From the human T2T-CHM13v2.0 reference genome, Homo sapiens, in the NCBI RefSeq assembly GCF_009914755.1, contig NC_060944.1: 64,000 bases of DNA; one strand, given 5' to 3'. The position numbers and the translations under genes are program-made. This document shows positions 35,210-60,112 of this stretch, piece after piece. Numbering within the stretch: position 1 is the stretch's first letter; each line of letters begins with the position of its first letter. The notes under the pieces are model-generated. The model was given only the letters and a program-made list of their open reading frames with translations, did not search any database and was not told where the DNA came from.

Positions 35210-37197
35210 AAAAAAAAAAAAAAGAACACAGCCATACAAGAATTTAGATTTTATCCTGGCAATGGGACCCGGAGAAGGCTCCCGACCAGAGGAATGCCTG
35301 GAAAGTGGGTCCACTTCAGGATCTGGAGTGGGAAAGTGAGTCCACTTCAGACTCTAGGGCCCACTCCTGCCACCTCATCCTGGGAATTCACCACACACTT
35401 TGGGAGCCTGAGAGCTGCAGCCCAGGGTGCAAGTCTATAATCTGACAGCTGGGAGCGGGGGTAGCCTCCTCAATACAACTCTGAATATCCACACCTGGGG
35501 CCCAGTGCCCATCCCACATCTAGACCCACTCAGCCAAATCCTGCCTCTGACGCTGGAACCAGCCCTGACTCTGACAGATGGGGAGTGGGCACCACTGAGG
35601 GCCGAGGACACTGGGCTTCCACTGGCTCCGCTTCAGGCCTCACTCAGTTCTGTGTCTGCAGAAGAATGCCAAGCTCTTGGAACACAAACTGTCCAAGAGT
35701 TCTGAGAGCATTCCCTGGCCACTGAAAAGTATTTTACAAGGATTAGCAGCTAATCCAGAAAACTTCCAAGCCCAAGAAATCTAAGAACTAGGAACCCAAA
35801 TTCTACTCCAGGATGGCCTCATTCCAGGAAGCCAGTCTTCCAGTTCACTTTTACTCATTTTAGAAACAACCATGAAAAGGAGGCACAGTGACTACTCTCC
35901 ATGAAAAGCATCCCCCAGATGCTGCCTGGCACCTTCTCTTCCACAGCAGCACCTCCAACCAGCATCAAGTGGCATGGGAGGCATGGAGCTTGGTTGGTCC
36001 CAGGGATCACACAGCCCCAGAGCGGGGTGGCTGTAGGAACCCCGTGGCCAGTATTACTCTAAATGAGCAGAAATGCCTCAAAGTGAGATGAGTGGTGAGA
36101 CGGGTTGGCGTGCGCAGGGTCACAGGATCCACCCAGGGCCAGAAGCACTGCTGGCTCACTCCTGCAGGCCAGTGCCAGGCGAGTGCCAGGACCCTCTGGC
36201 CTCCCACGTGGTCAGATCACCCTTGGCCACTGACTCTTTGTGGCCCCCGTGACTCCAGCATGCTGGCTGGAGTCCACCCTGCCCAGGCCCCTGCTTCATC
36301 CACAGGCCTGGGGTGGGGACAGAGTGCTAAGCCCTGTGGCAGCCCCACAGGAGTGGCCTGGGCGGTGCGCCCCTTCATGCTCCACCATTGAGGTCCAACT
36401 CTCTCATGGCTCCCTCTCGCAGGCTCTTCTGAACCGGGAGCTCCTCATACAGGCCCCCGCACCATGGGCAAACAAGGCCCACAGGGCTGCTGGGACTGAG
36501 GCCTCTGGCTGCTCCTGCTTCCCCCAGTTTTCACTGTCCACCCCCCAGTTTTCATTGTCCACCCTCCAGTCACGTCATCATGTACCAGCAACCACAAACA
36601 TCAACGGGCAGGATGGAGAATGGATCCTGCACACATGGGTGCCGTGGAGGGTGAAGAAGTGAGAATGTGAGTGAATGGAAAACGACCTGCTCTGTCATAC
36701 TTCTTTTAGCTCACCTGCAAAATATTTGTTGCGGGAAAGGCTGAAACTTACTGAGCTGTGATGGTCTTTGAGTGCTGAGGGTCTGAACAGGGGGCTAAGT
36801 CTCATTCCAATCACTGTGAGTAACAGAGCAGCCTTGATACCGGCAGCCATAAGAGGTGTGGTGTCAAGGGAAAGCCTGGGTTGGTTATTTGGGTTTTATC
36901 AAATTCCAATTACCTGATGCAGGCTTACAGGACCTTCCGTATGAAAAAAGGGGATAAGAAAAGAAAGGTAACAGGAGTCAACAGGGACTGCTCAGGGGAA
37001 GGAAAAAGAGGAAGCTGGCCCTTTGCTTTAAAAACAAATGCATGGAATTGTGTTGAGGGAGGAGCCAAGATGGCCAAATAGGAACAGCTCCAGTCTACAG
37101 CTCCCAGCGTGAGCGACACAGAAGACGGGTGATTTCTGCATTTCCATCTGAGGTACCAGGTTCATCTCACTAGGGAGTGCCAGACAGTGGGCGCAGG

Positions 37198-37506
37198 TCA
37201 GTGGGTACGCGCACCGTGCGCAAGCCAAAGCAGGGCAAGGCATTGCCTCACTCGGGAAGCGCAAGGGGTCAGGGAGTTCCCTTTCCTAGTCAAAGAAAGT
37301 GGTGACAGACGGCACCTGGAAAATCGGGTCACTCCCACCCGAATACTGTGCTTTTCCGACTGGCTTAAAAAACGGCACAACAGGAGATTATATCCCGCAC
37401 ATGGCTCGGAGGGTCCTACGCCCACGGAGTCTCGCTGATTGCTAGCACAGCAGTCTGAGATCAAACTGCAAGGCAGCAGCGAGGCTTGGGGAGGGGCGCC
37501 CGCCAT
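37198..37506 (-). CDS. L1 ORF0-like antisense ORF (102 aa) within the L1 antisense-promoter region
   Basis: MAGAPPQASLLPCSLISDCCASNQRDSVGVGPSEP matches the primate L1 ORF0 N-terminus; expression unknown. Confidence 0.65.
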   Translation of the reverse strand: MAGAPPQASLLPCSLISDCCASNQRDSVGVGPSEPCAGYNLLLCRFLSQSEKHSIRVGVTRFSRCRLSPLSLTRKGNSLTPCASRVRQCLALLWLAHGARTH

Positions 37507-37961
37507 TGCCCAGGCTTGCTTAGGTAAACAAAGCAGCCAGGAAGCTCAAACTGGGTGGAGCCCACCACAGCTCAAGGAGGTCTGCCTGCCTCTGTAGGCT
37601 CCACCTCTGGGGGCAGGGCACAGACAAAGAAAAAGACAGCAGTAACCTCTGCAGACTTAAATGTCCCTGTCTGACAGCTCTGAAGAGAGCGGTGGTTCTC
37701 CCAGCACGCACCTGGAGATCTGAGAACGGGCAGAATGCCTCCTCAAGCGGGTCCCTGACCCCTGACCCCCGAGCAGCCTAACTGGGAGGCAACCCCCAGC
37801 AAGGGCAGACTGACACCTCACACGGCTGGGTACTCCAACAGACCTGCAGCTGAGGGTCCTGTCTGTTAGAAGGAAAACTAACAAACAGAAAGGACATCCA
37901 CACCAAAAACCCATCTGTACATCACCATCATCAAAGACCAAAAGTAGATAAAACCACAAAG

Positions 37962-38969
37962 ATGGGGAAAAAAAAGAGCAGAAAAACTGGAAACTCTATA
38001 AAGCAGAGCGCCTCTCCTCCTCCAAAGGAACGCAGTTCCTCACCAGCAACGGAACAAAGCTGGACGGAGAATGACTTTGACTAGCTGAGAGAAGAAGGCT
38101 TCAGACGATCAAATTACTCCAAGCTACGGGAGGACATTCAAACCAAAGGCAAAGAAGTTGAAAACTTGGAAAAAAATTTAGAAGAATGTATAACTAGAAT
38201 AACCAATACAGAGAAGTGCTTAAAGGAGCTGATGGAGCTGAAAACCAAGGCTCGAGAACTACGTGAAGAATGCAGAAACCTCAGGAGCCAATGCGATCAA
38301 CTGGAAGAAAGGGTATCAGTGATGGAAGATGAAATGAAGCAAGAAGGGAAGTTTAGAGAAAAAAGAATAAAAAGAAACGAGTAAAGCCTCCAAGAAATAT
38401 GGGACTATGTGAAAAGACCAAATCTACGTCTGATTGGTGTACCTGAAAGTGACGGGGAGAATGGAACCAAGTTGGAAAACACTCTGCAGGATATTACCCA
38501 GGAGAACTTCCCCAATCTAGCAAGGCAGGCCAACATTCAGATTCAGGAAATACAGAGAACGCCACAAAGATACTCCTCGAGAAGAGCAACACCAAGACAC
38601 ATAATTGTCAGATTCACGAAAGTTGAAATGAAGGAAAAAATGTTAAGGGCAGCAAGAGAGAAAGGTCAGGTTACCCTCAAAGGGAAGCCCATCAGACTAA
38701 AAGCAGATCTCTCGGCAGAAACTCTACAAGCCAGAAGAGAGTGGGGGCCAATATTCAACATTCTTAAAGAAAAGAATTTTCAACCCAGAATTTCACATCC
38801 AGCCAAACTAAGCTTCATAAGTGAAGGAAAAATAAAATACTTTACAGACAAGCAAATGCTGAGAGATTGTGTCACCACCAGGCCTGCCCTAAAAGACCTC
38901 CTGAAGGATGCGCTAAACATGGAAAGGAAAAACCGGTACCAGCCACTGCAAAATCATGCCAAAATGTAA
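37962..38969 (+). pseudogene. L1 ORF1, disrupted
   Basis: ATG at 37962; in-frame TAG 38082-38084 and TAA 38382-38384; ORF1p C-terminal sequence KRPNLRLIGVPES...HAKM*. Confidence 0.92.
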
Positions 38970-39017
38970 AGACCATCGAGACTAGGAAGAAACTGCATCA
39001 ACTAATGAGCAAAATAA

Positions 39018-42860
<3,843 letters not shown>

Positions 42861-44059
42861 ATGAGAACACATGGACACAGGAAGGGGAACATCACACTCT
42901 GGGAACTGTTGTGGGGTGGGGGGAGGGGGGAGGGATAGCATTGGGAGATATACCTAATGCTAGATGACGAGTTAGTGGGTGCAGCACACCAGCATGGCAC
43001 ATGTATACATATGTAACTAACCTGCACATTGTGCACATGTACCCTAGAATTTAAAGTATAATAATAATAAATAAAAAAAAAACAAAAAACAAATGCATGA
43101 TGATAGATCTGACCTATTTCCAAAAAAGCCCTCCCTAGCCTCTGAACCAAGACATGACTTTCACTAAGAGATACCTTCTTGATCTGAAGGCAAATAACGG
43201 CTGGGAAGATATTCTAGGCTTCATAAATGCTGAGTCTCATCCAAACATCTTTTGGATGGAATCAGACTGTGCATACAAGTATTGAAAAGCACATATATTT
43301 ATGTGCATGTAAACAGACACATATAAAAAAGGTCAGTAGGAAATAAACTACGGTGTTAACAAGCATTTTCTCAGAGTAATGTTCATTTTCTTATTTATAC
43401 TATTCAGGGTTCTTTTTTTTTTTAGCTAATTCTTTGTTTTTAGAATAATCATGATGTTTTGCTTATGAAAATGTATTTAAAGTAGAATAATGCCTTACAT
43501 TGTAGGTGCTATGTTTCTTTAAAAGCTTATTTATCTAATTTATAAATTTGGTTTCAGATAGATTTGCTGTGAAGAATATTTTAACCACATTCTGGGGCCC
43601 AAGAGATTGCTACTTTTCCTGTAATGTTGAATGGATGCCCAGGTCAGGCTTCTTGTCTGGGCACAAGAGCAGAGGCACCTCCCCAACAAAATTCCAAATC
43701 ACTGCAGGGCCACGCCACAGACCCCACCTCCTCGGCGACGCAGACAGGCACAGACCTGTAAACTTTGGACGCACATTACAACTGGAAAACCAACAAGCTC
43801 CATGCTGCTCCTCTGAAGACTGCCTTTCCTCCCAAAGGGGGAGACAGAGAACCACACTTGGAAGGGCCTCATGTGCTGATAAAACACTGTGGCTTCCCGG
43901 GGAGGACAGCGGGGCCTGGAGATGAGGGTCGCTCATCATGGAGAGGCAGGAGGAGTGGGGTGTGGGGGCCAGGCAGATGCCCAGGGGGGTGAGGCGAAAG
44001 GAATGTCCAATCGCTGCTCCCAGGGACACTGTTTCTTGGTGCTAGACCTTTGGCAACTA

Positions 44060-44397
<338 letters not shown>

Positions 44398-46269
44398 TGC
44401 CACTGTAGGCTCACCTAACTCCAGTGTGGCAAACAGGTGGAAGGAAATCGTTAAGGATGGGCAACACCTTGGGAGGCTCAGCCTCCCCTTGCCCAAGCCC
44501 AGCCCTCCTCTCCCATGCCATGGGGCTGGACCAGGAGAACCCAAAGTTCTCCTCCCTCAGAGCAGTCTACCACCTCCTTAGGAAACCCACAGAACAAAAT
44601 CTGTAGGCTGTGTGTCTACAGTAGCCCAAACAATCAAGCTAAAGAAAATCTATTCAATTCAAACATTTGCTGGGAGCCCACAATGTACCAGGCCACGCAG
44701 GGCAATGCACCCCACACCCTCCCTTCAAGAACCAGCTCATGTGCCTGGCAGCAAAGGCACCTGCCCAAGGGGGCCAGCAAAGGTAGAAAAGCCATGAGGG
44801 TCAAGTCTGAGGTCTGCTGATGGTGAATCTGCAGCCCTTGTAGCTTCGTGTTTATACCTAAGCCCCAAATGCTTTCTGGGCTGTACTGTGTACATTTAAG
44901 GAACATTAAAGTCAGAAAAACAAAACTCCCATCATTTTGGTATACTGTTAGTTTCTTTTTGAGTTTGTGCTTCTCACAAGTGACAAAACTTAGAGATGAA
45001 AAATTCCTAGAAGTTCTACTTTTCCATTAGAAAAATCAAATGCCTCTTAGTATACTACATGTGTTTTACAGTTATTTTAAGACACCCAAATAAAAACTCA
45101 GATTTACAAAGTATTAAATAGCCTTATAATTTATGTTCTTCTTACCGGCATTAAAAAAAACAAAAACAAAGAAACAGAAATTCCTTTTTTAGCCAGTCAT
45201 CTCCTAAGTTTCTGTGATTAAGTCTATTATAGACTGAACACCCAAACTCATAAGCCCAGATGCCTGCAGAGGGAGTCCGGCACCTCTCAGTACCTCCTGT
45301 GTTCCTCTGCGGCCTCCTCCTTTCCTCCTCCTCCCACTCCACCAGCTTACCTGCTGCCTCAGCAATATCAGGCCCAGCTTTCCAAGCCTCAAACTCCCAA
45401 ACGCATAAGGCCAGACTCACTATGTGCAAACCAATCTAGCCACAGAGTGACCCCAGAGCCCCTGCCTCATCCTGTTCTAATGCTGTCAGCACCTGCCTCT
45501 CAGGCTGTCCTTCACAGAACACCCACCGTGTGCGAGCCCCGTTGTTCTCAAACCTCGAACCCACAGATGCGGCCCTTTCCTTGGAGCCTCGCTTGTAGGA
45601 CTGTTCCCAGGGCCATGTGCCCAGAGCCTCTGCCTTTGACCTCATGGGCTTGATACTTCTGCACCTTTCTCCTCCCACATCTCCAAAAGTAAATACACAG
45701 CGTGAAAAAACACACAAGGTCCAAGTTCACTCAAGGAGACTACAATACCTACAAGGCCAGCACAAAATTCCACAGAAACCAAAGTACTGTGTATCTGGAT
45801 TTTTTTAAGGGTATAAAAAACTAATTTGTTTTAAAAAAGAAAAAAGGCCTCATTTTTTTTTAAAGGTACTATATTTTTCAGTGGTCATCTTTTCCAAGGG
45901 CAGCTAGGCTCCTGGAATGCACAACTGACAAGGCATCTCCAACATGATGGCTTCAGCTGACTTCTCATGTTGTCAACATTTTTACTCACCTCAGCTGAAG
46001 ACAGATACGCTGGTCCCCCAGGGCAGTGTAGTCTTCTGTGGACAGAAATCCAGTGCTGGGGAGCAACACTAGCACAGAAAGTCCTCCAGCTGGGAAGGGG
46101 CACAGGGACCTTTTTGGGTAATAAAAGCATTCTAGTTCTCAATCTGGGTGGTAGCTCTACCTATCTATCTCTAAAGATATAGGTATATAAACTGTACACT
46201 TAAGATATGTACCCTTCACTGTATGTAAACTAAATCTCCATTAAAGTAAAAAGACTACCCCTAAAATCA

Positions 46270-46614
<345 letters not shown>

Positions 46615-46726
46615 TCAAGTAATTATTTTACATAGTCTTTTAATTTGGGCTTAGAACTCTACTGGGGGTAAGAGGAACTTTTTTTCTTGAAAGACATAGA
46701 AATAGCTAATGATTTCTTACACTCAC

Positions 46727-46845
46727 CCTTGCAGAAGAATACAGCAGAGAAAGCAGACCCCACCATGCCCCCCACCTGACATCAGACCCCAGCTGTAACC
46801 TCGTATCAGGAAAGAGCGGCCTCCTCAGGCCTCCCGATCCGTCTT
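46727..46845 (-). other. ABHD12: Candidate ABHD12 cassette exon (119 bp) in intron 1
   Basis: tgtctcacag| acceptor, AAGG|gtgagt donor, internal ATG in frame with exon 2; no transcript evidence available to me. Confidence 0.5.
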
Positions 46846-47148
46846 CTGTGAGACAACTGCAGGCAGGCGTAGGTTACTTATTAGCTCCTGGTAGGAAGCA
46901 CGTAGACCAAGGACATCAACAGAACCTGCCTGACCAGGTCCTCAGAGAGCAGGAGGCTAAGAACTGGCACGGTGTGTCCTTGCATTTACGCGTGGGCGAG
47001 CCCCTCTGTACCCACCCAACAGAGGACCCTTTTCCAGGCCCGTCAAGCCAGGTCGCCAGCCCAGGGTCTCATGACCCTCTTCTAATTCCTCTCCAGCTCC
47101 AGAGTTCTTATCTTGTTCCCAAACCCCCTTTCAAAACTATCTCTAACC

Positions 47149-47697
47149 CGGTGATTCTCAAATTCCTTGGTCTCAGGACTTCTCTACAGTACAAAATTGA
47201 GGACCCTACAGAGCTTCTGCTCAAAGAGCTTCTTTACTTCTTATTTGACAGACAGTCATAAACAGTTTATATTTATGATGATCTGTCATATGAGAAATCA
47301 AAGATATTTAAAAATGTCTATTAATTCATCTAATAATAACAATCCATTACATGTTGCTATAAACAATATTTGTTATGAAAAATAATTTTCCAATACAAAA
47401 AATTTTAGTGAGAAGAAAAAAAATTTTAGTGAGGAGTGACATTAACATTTTTATAAATTTCTTTAAGCCAGAGAGTTTAACAGAAAGATTGACTCTCCTA
47501 TCTGCTTCTGCATGCAATCTGCTGTGAATCCACATATCATGTGTCATCTGGAAAACCTCACTGCACACCCATGAGAGGAGTGTGAAAAAAGGCAAATCAC
47601 ACCTTGGCATTATTATGGAAATCAGTCTGACCTTACTGACCCTCTGCAAGGATCTGGGAACAGAAAGAATGCCAGGGGCACACCTGCAGGACCACTG
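47149..47697. mobile_element. hAT-Charlie non-autonomous DNA transposon (MER119-like)
   Basis: cggtgattctca...gaccactg termini with 8-bp TSD ctctaacc (47141-47148) / ctctaact (47698-47705). Confidence 0.7.
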
Positions 47698-47769
47698 CTC
47701 TAACTTGCCATATGACTCTAAACCTAGTGGGACAAGCTATCTCTGGACAATTTCCAAACAGTCTTAAAA

Positions 47770-48115
47770 CCACATATTGAACTGCTGATACAAGCAACAA
47801 TACAGATGAATCTCAAAAGGACTGTTATGTTAAATAAGACATCCACAAAAGACTGTATACTATATAATTCCACGTCTAAAATTCTAGAAAAGGCAGAACT
47901 CTAAGGACAGAAAAACAGAACAGAGGTTGCTGAGGCTGGGGGTGGAGCAGGAGATTGACTGCAAGGGCCAGGAGAGGGTCTTGGAGTGATGGAACATACT
48001 TTACCTTGATGTGGCTGTGGTCACATGATGGCACACATTTATCAAGACTCACTGAACTGTATACTTAGAATCCATGAACTTTGCTATATGTAAATAATCT
48101 CAATAAAACTGATGT
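47770..48115 (+). mobile_element. Old L1M 3'-end fragment
   Basis: gatgaatctcaaa...ctcaataaa motifs. Confidence 0.65.
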
Positions 48116-48549
48116 AAATAAGTTAATAAAGCTGACAAACACCTCAATAAAGCTGATGACAAATATGCACATCCGATAATGTAACTCATTCACTCATTTT
48201 CCTGGTTCATTCAGAGATCATCATCGAGCGCCTGGCACTCTGAAGTGGTGGACAGTCAGGGCAGCAAAGGATGGCGCCCGCACTTGTGCTGTGCTCACAG
48301 CCCAGTGGGCGTTAATCAAGCACAAGGGCCATGGCAGGCTTGGTGAGAGGTACCTGCTGCTGGGGATACTGCTGCTGGGGTTACTGCCCAGGGTGATCTG
48401 AGCTAGCTGGGCTACCAGGGACAAGGCCATTGGACTGACACAGTAAGTCAGGAATACAAGAGTTAACTAGATGATGGGGAAAACAGTTTAAAATGTCATC
48501 TTAAACGCCATACATGATCTAGCTTTTCAATGAGGGTACATTAATCACA

Positions 48550-48780
48550 ATATTGAGGTTCAAAGTGCCACCTCTGAAGTCTGGTTCAACATCTAACCCA
48601 TCACTTACTAGCTGTGCAATCTTGAATGAGTTATTTAACCTCTCTGAGCCTTGTTCTCCTTAATGCTTGGTGGGGATGATAATGGTACCTCCTTTGTGTA
48701 GGTTCCTGGAAGGATTACACACAGTAACACATGTAGACTGCACATGTGAGTCCTTGCACCAAACCTGCAACACATCTTAG
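48550..48780 (+). mobile_element. MIR
   Basis: cacttactagctgtg...ttatttaacctctctgagcct core. Confidence 0.7.
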
Positions 48781-49504
48781 CTTCCATCACCAACTCTTTA
48801 TTCTTGTTAGAGAAAAGAGCAGGGTCTGACACAGCTAACGGCCCTGGCAGGGAGAAACTGGGTATAATGTGAGAGGCGGGAAGAGGACCAGAAAGACTCA
48901 GGACGTTATCCTGAGAGAAAACGAAAAGCCCATTAAAAAGAAAAAAGCCTGCAATCAAGTGTGCCACCACTTCAATGCCTGGCGCCTATGCTTGGATCAT
49001 CTGCTCTGGCACCTGCAGTTACTTCTGTGTCCCTCCCACAATCTACTTACTCATCCTTCAGCACCTGCACAGATCTCTGCCTTACTGTAAGGCATCAAGT
49101 GGTTTGCAATTTTGTGCCTCAAGAGAAAGGAAAGCCTATGTCCACAGAAAGACTTGTTCAAAAATGTTCACAGCTTCAGCCTGGGCAACAACAGTGAAAC
49201 TCTGTCTCAAAAAAAAAAAAAAAAAAAAAAAGTTCACAGCTTTACTCACAGTAGCCAAAAACAGAAACAACCCAAATGGCCATCAATGAGTGAATGGATA
49301 AACAAACCATGGTATGCCCTTAGAATGGAATACAATGCAGCAATAAAATGGAATAAACTATTGATACATGCAACCACGTAGATGAATCTCAAAATAATTC
49401 ACTAAGCAATAGAAACCACCTGAAAGATGGCCAGGTCACTGGCAGATTTTCACTGATACATGATTTCACCCAAAAGGTATCTCTATTCATTAGCAAAACC
49501 AGTA

Positions 49505-56307
<6,803 letters not shown>

Positions 56308-56391
56308 TCAATATAGCACCACAAAGCAAACTACCAAGAGTTTCAAATATGAAGAGATACACACATGCTGGGAGTATAAAAACGAATCAGG

Positions 56392-57036
56392 TAGGAATAT
56401 AAAATAGTCCAGCTGCTATGGAAAACAGTTTGGCCATTCCTCAAAAAGTTAAGCCTAGAATTACTATATAATCTAGCAATTCCACTCCTCGATATATACT
56501 CCAAAGAACTGATATCAAGGACTGAAATAGATACTTGTAGACCAATGTTCATAGCAGCATTATTCATAATAGTCAAAAGGTGGAAGTAACCCAAGTGTCC
56601 ATCAGCAGATGAATAAATTGACAAATGAACAGATGAATGGATACACATGCAATGGAGTATTATGTAGCCATAAAAAGAATGAAATTTGGATGCATGCTAC
56701 AACATGGATGAACTTTTAAAACATTATGCTAAGTGAAATAAGCCAGACACAAAGGATAAATATTATATGATTCCATTTATGTGATGTACCTAGAATAGGC
56801 AAATTCATACAGACAGAAAGTCTAACAGTGCTTACCAGGAGTTGTGGGAAGGGGAAAATGGGGAGGTATTGCTTAACGGTTTCAGAGTTTCTATTTGGGA
56901 TGGTGAAAAGTTCTGGAAATGAATGGTGGTGATGTTTGCACAACAATGTGAAAGTATTTAATGCCACTAAATTATACACCTCAAAATGGTTAAAATGGTA
57001 AGTTTTATGTTATATATATTTCATCCCAATAAAAAA
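56392..57036 (+). mobile_element. L1MB-like 3'-end fragment
   Basis: atggaaaacagtttggc...aaaatggttaaaatggtaagttttatgtt motifs. Confidence 0.78.
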
Positions 57037-57416
57037 TGAAATCTAGGGAACATAATGAAAGGCTAACATAATATCACCAAATAGGTTTTATTTCAGGAGC
57101 AAACATATCAGCTGCATCAATAGTGAGGATAAAAGAGGGGCTTACAAAGTTAGTAAAATTCAACATGTAGTCCCAATAATAAAACCCCTAGTGAAATAGG
57201 AATACAGGACATTCCCTTAGGATGATCAAGTTTATACCTGCTTCAAACCAGTAATCAAACCAAAGCAAAACATAGCAGTAAAATACTAGACAGAGATAGG
57301 ATATTCACTAGCATCACTGTTATTAACACTATTCTGGAAGTGCAAGTTAAAACAATAAGGCAAGAGAAAATACAAAGTATAACCATAAAAACTGGAAGAT
57401 AAAAAAATAGTTGTCG

Positions 57417-57790
57417 TGTTATGATTTGGCTGTGTCCCCACCTAAATCTCATCTTGAATTGTAATGATCCCCATGTGTCAAAAGTGGGGCCAGGTACAGA
57501 TAACTGAATCATGGGGACAGTTTCCCCCATACTGTTTCTCATGGTAGTAAGTCTCACAAGATCTGGTGGTTTTATAAATGGGAGTTCCACTGCACAAGCT
57601 CTCCTGTGTGCCGCCATGTAAGATGTGACTTTGCTTCTCCTTTGCCTTCCACCATGATAGTGAGGGCTCCCCAGCCATGTGGAACTGTGAGTCCATTAAA
57701 TCTTTTTCCTTTATAAATTACCCAGTCTCAGGTATGTGTTTATTAGCAGCGTGAGAACAGACTAATACAGTAAATTAGTACCCCAAGAGT
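57417..57790 (+). mobile_element. THE1-type MaLR LTR with the start of internal sequence
   Basis: tttggctgtgtccccacctaaatctcatcttgaattgta...gactaataca|gtaaatt. Confidence 0.85.
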
Positions 57791-57792
57791 AC

Positions 57793-58062
57793 TAAAAATA
57801 AAATCCTAAGCCCCTCAACAGACTCAATGGACCCCCTTTGGGGATCCCAGAGAAACCTGTTAACAGAATTACAGCAAATGCAGAAAGACATCTTATCTGA
57901 ACTTCCCTTACCTGACTAGAGCAGAACTTTATGACAGTCAGCTGCCACAAACCTCCTGCTCTGGGAAGATCTCCAGTCAGGCTGATGATTGACCTTGGAT
58001 ACCAGAGCATTTAAAAAAAAGCTGTAGAAAAGCCTCATCAGAGGCTTCCATCCTACGAATCC

Positions 58063-58115
<53 letters not shown>

Positions 58116-58290
58116 ATTAAGCTGGTATATAAACCTTCACCTCTTCTTCAGAGAGCTACTCTCTCTTAGAGTATTGCCATATGCATAATAAACATTTCTT
58201 CTGTTGATCTGTCTATTGTCATTTAATTCACAGTCCCCCTAACAATTTGGATCTAAGTTGGTGGAAGAAAGGTTTTTTTCTTCCCAACAG
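57793..58290 (+). mobile_element. ERV1 MER4-group-like solo LTR
   Basis: aaaataaaatcctaagcccc start, tatataa and aataaa boxes, cccaaca end. Confidence 0.55.
58065..58110 (+). repeat. (CA)23 microsatellite
   Basis: Perfect repeat counted. Confidence 0.97.
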
Positions 58291-58736
58291 TGACATCATT
58301 GGATCTGGTTGTCTTTCTTCTCCAATATGATGGATTCCTGCCAGCAAAGACTTTGTCTTTCACCTTTGTCTCCAAGGCACTTAACTCAATGCCAGGCTCA
58401 TAGTTTGTGCTTGATGAACCCATAATCAAAGAATTACTGTCCCATGATTAGTGCAAAAAAAGGATCAGAACCACCATCACTTTCTTTGGGCTTCCACTGT
58501 ACTTAAGAGTTTCACACCTTTTTCTGTTTCACAGTGTGTGTCTTGTTCCCATTGAAATAACTGCATTGGAAGTCACTTTGCTTGACAGTCACTTGGCTGT
58601 GTACTGCAGCCTCCTATAACATTTACAAAATACTGATGCTTGGGACTTGCCCTGGAAAGTCTAATTTTATTGGCCTCAAGTTGACCCTGGCCCTTAGGCT
58701 CTAGACTAGGACTTTTATTATCATTTAAAATAAACT

Positions 58737-60112
<1,376 letters not shown>

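Noticed and set aside
36522-36565. 21-bp tandem duplication ccccagttttcaYtgtcca (similar short duplications near 22940 and 60493)
   Set aside because: Two-copy slippage events with no further structure
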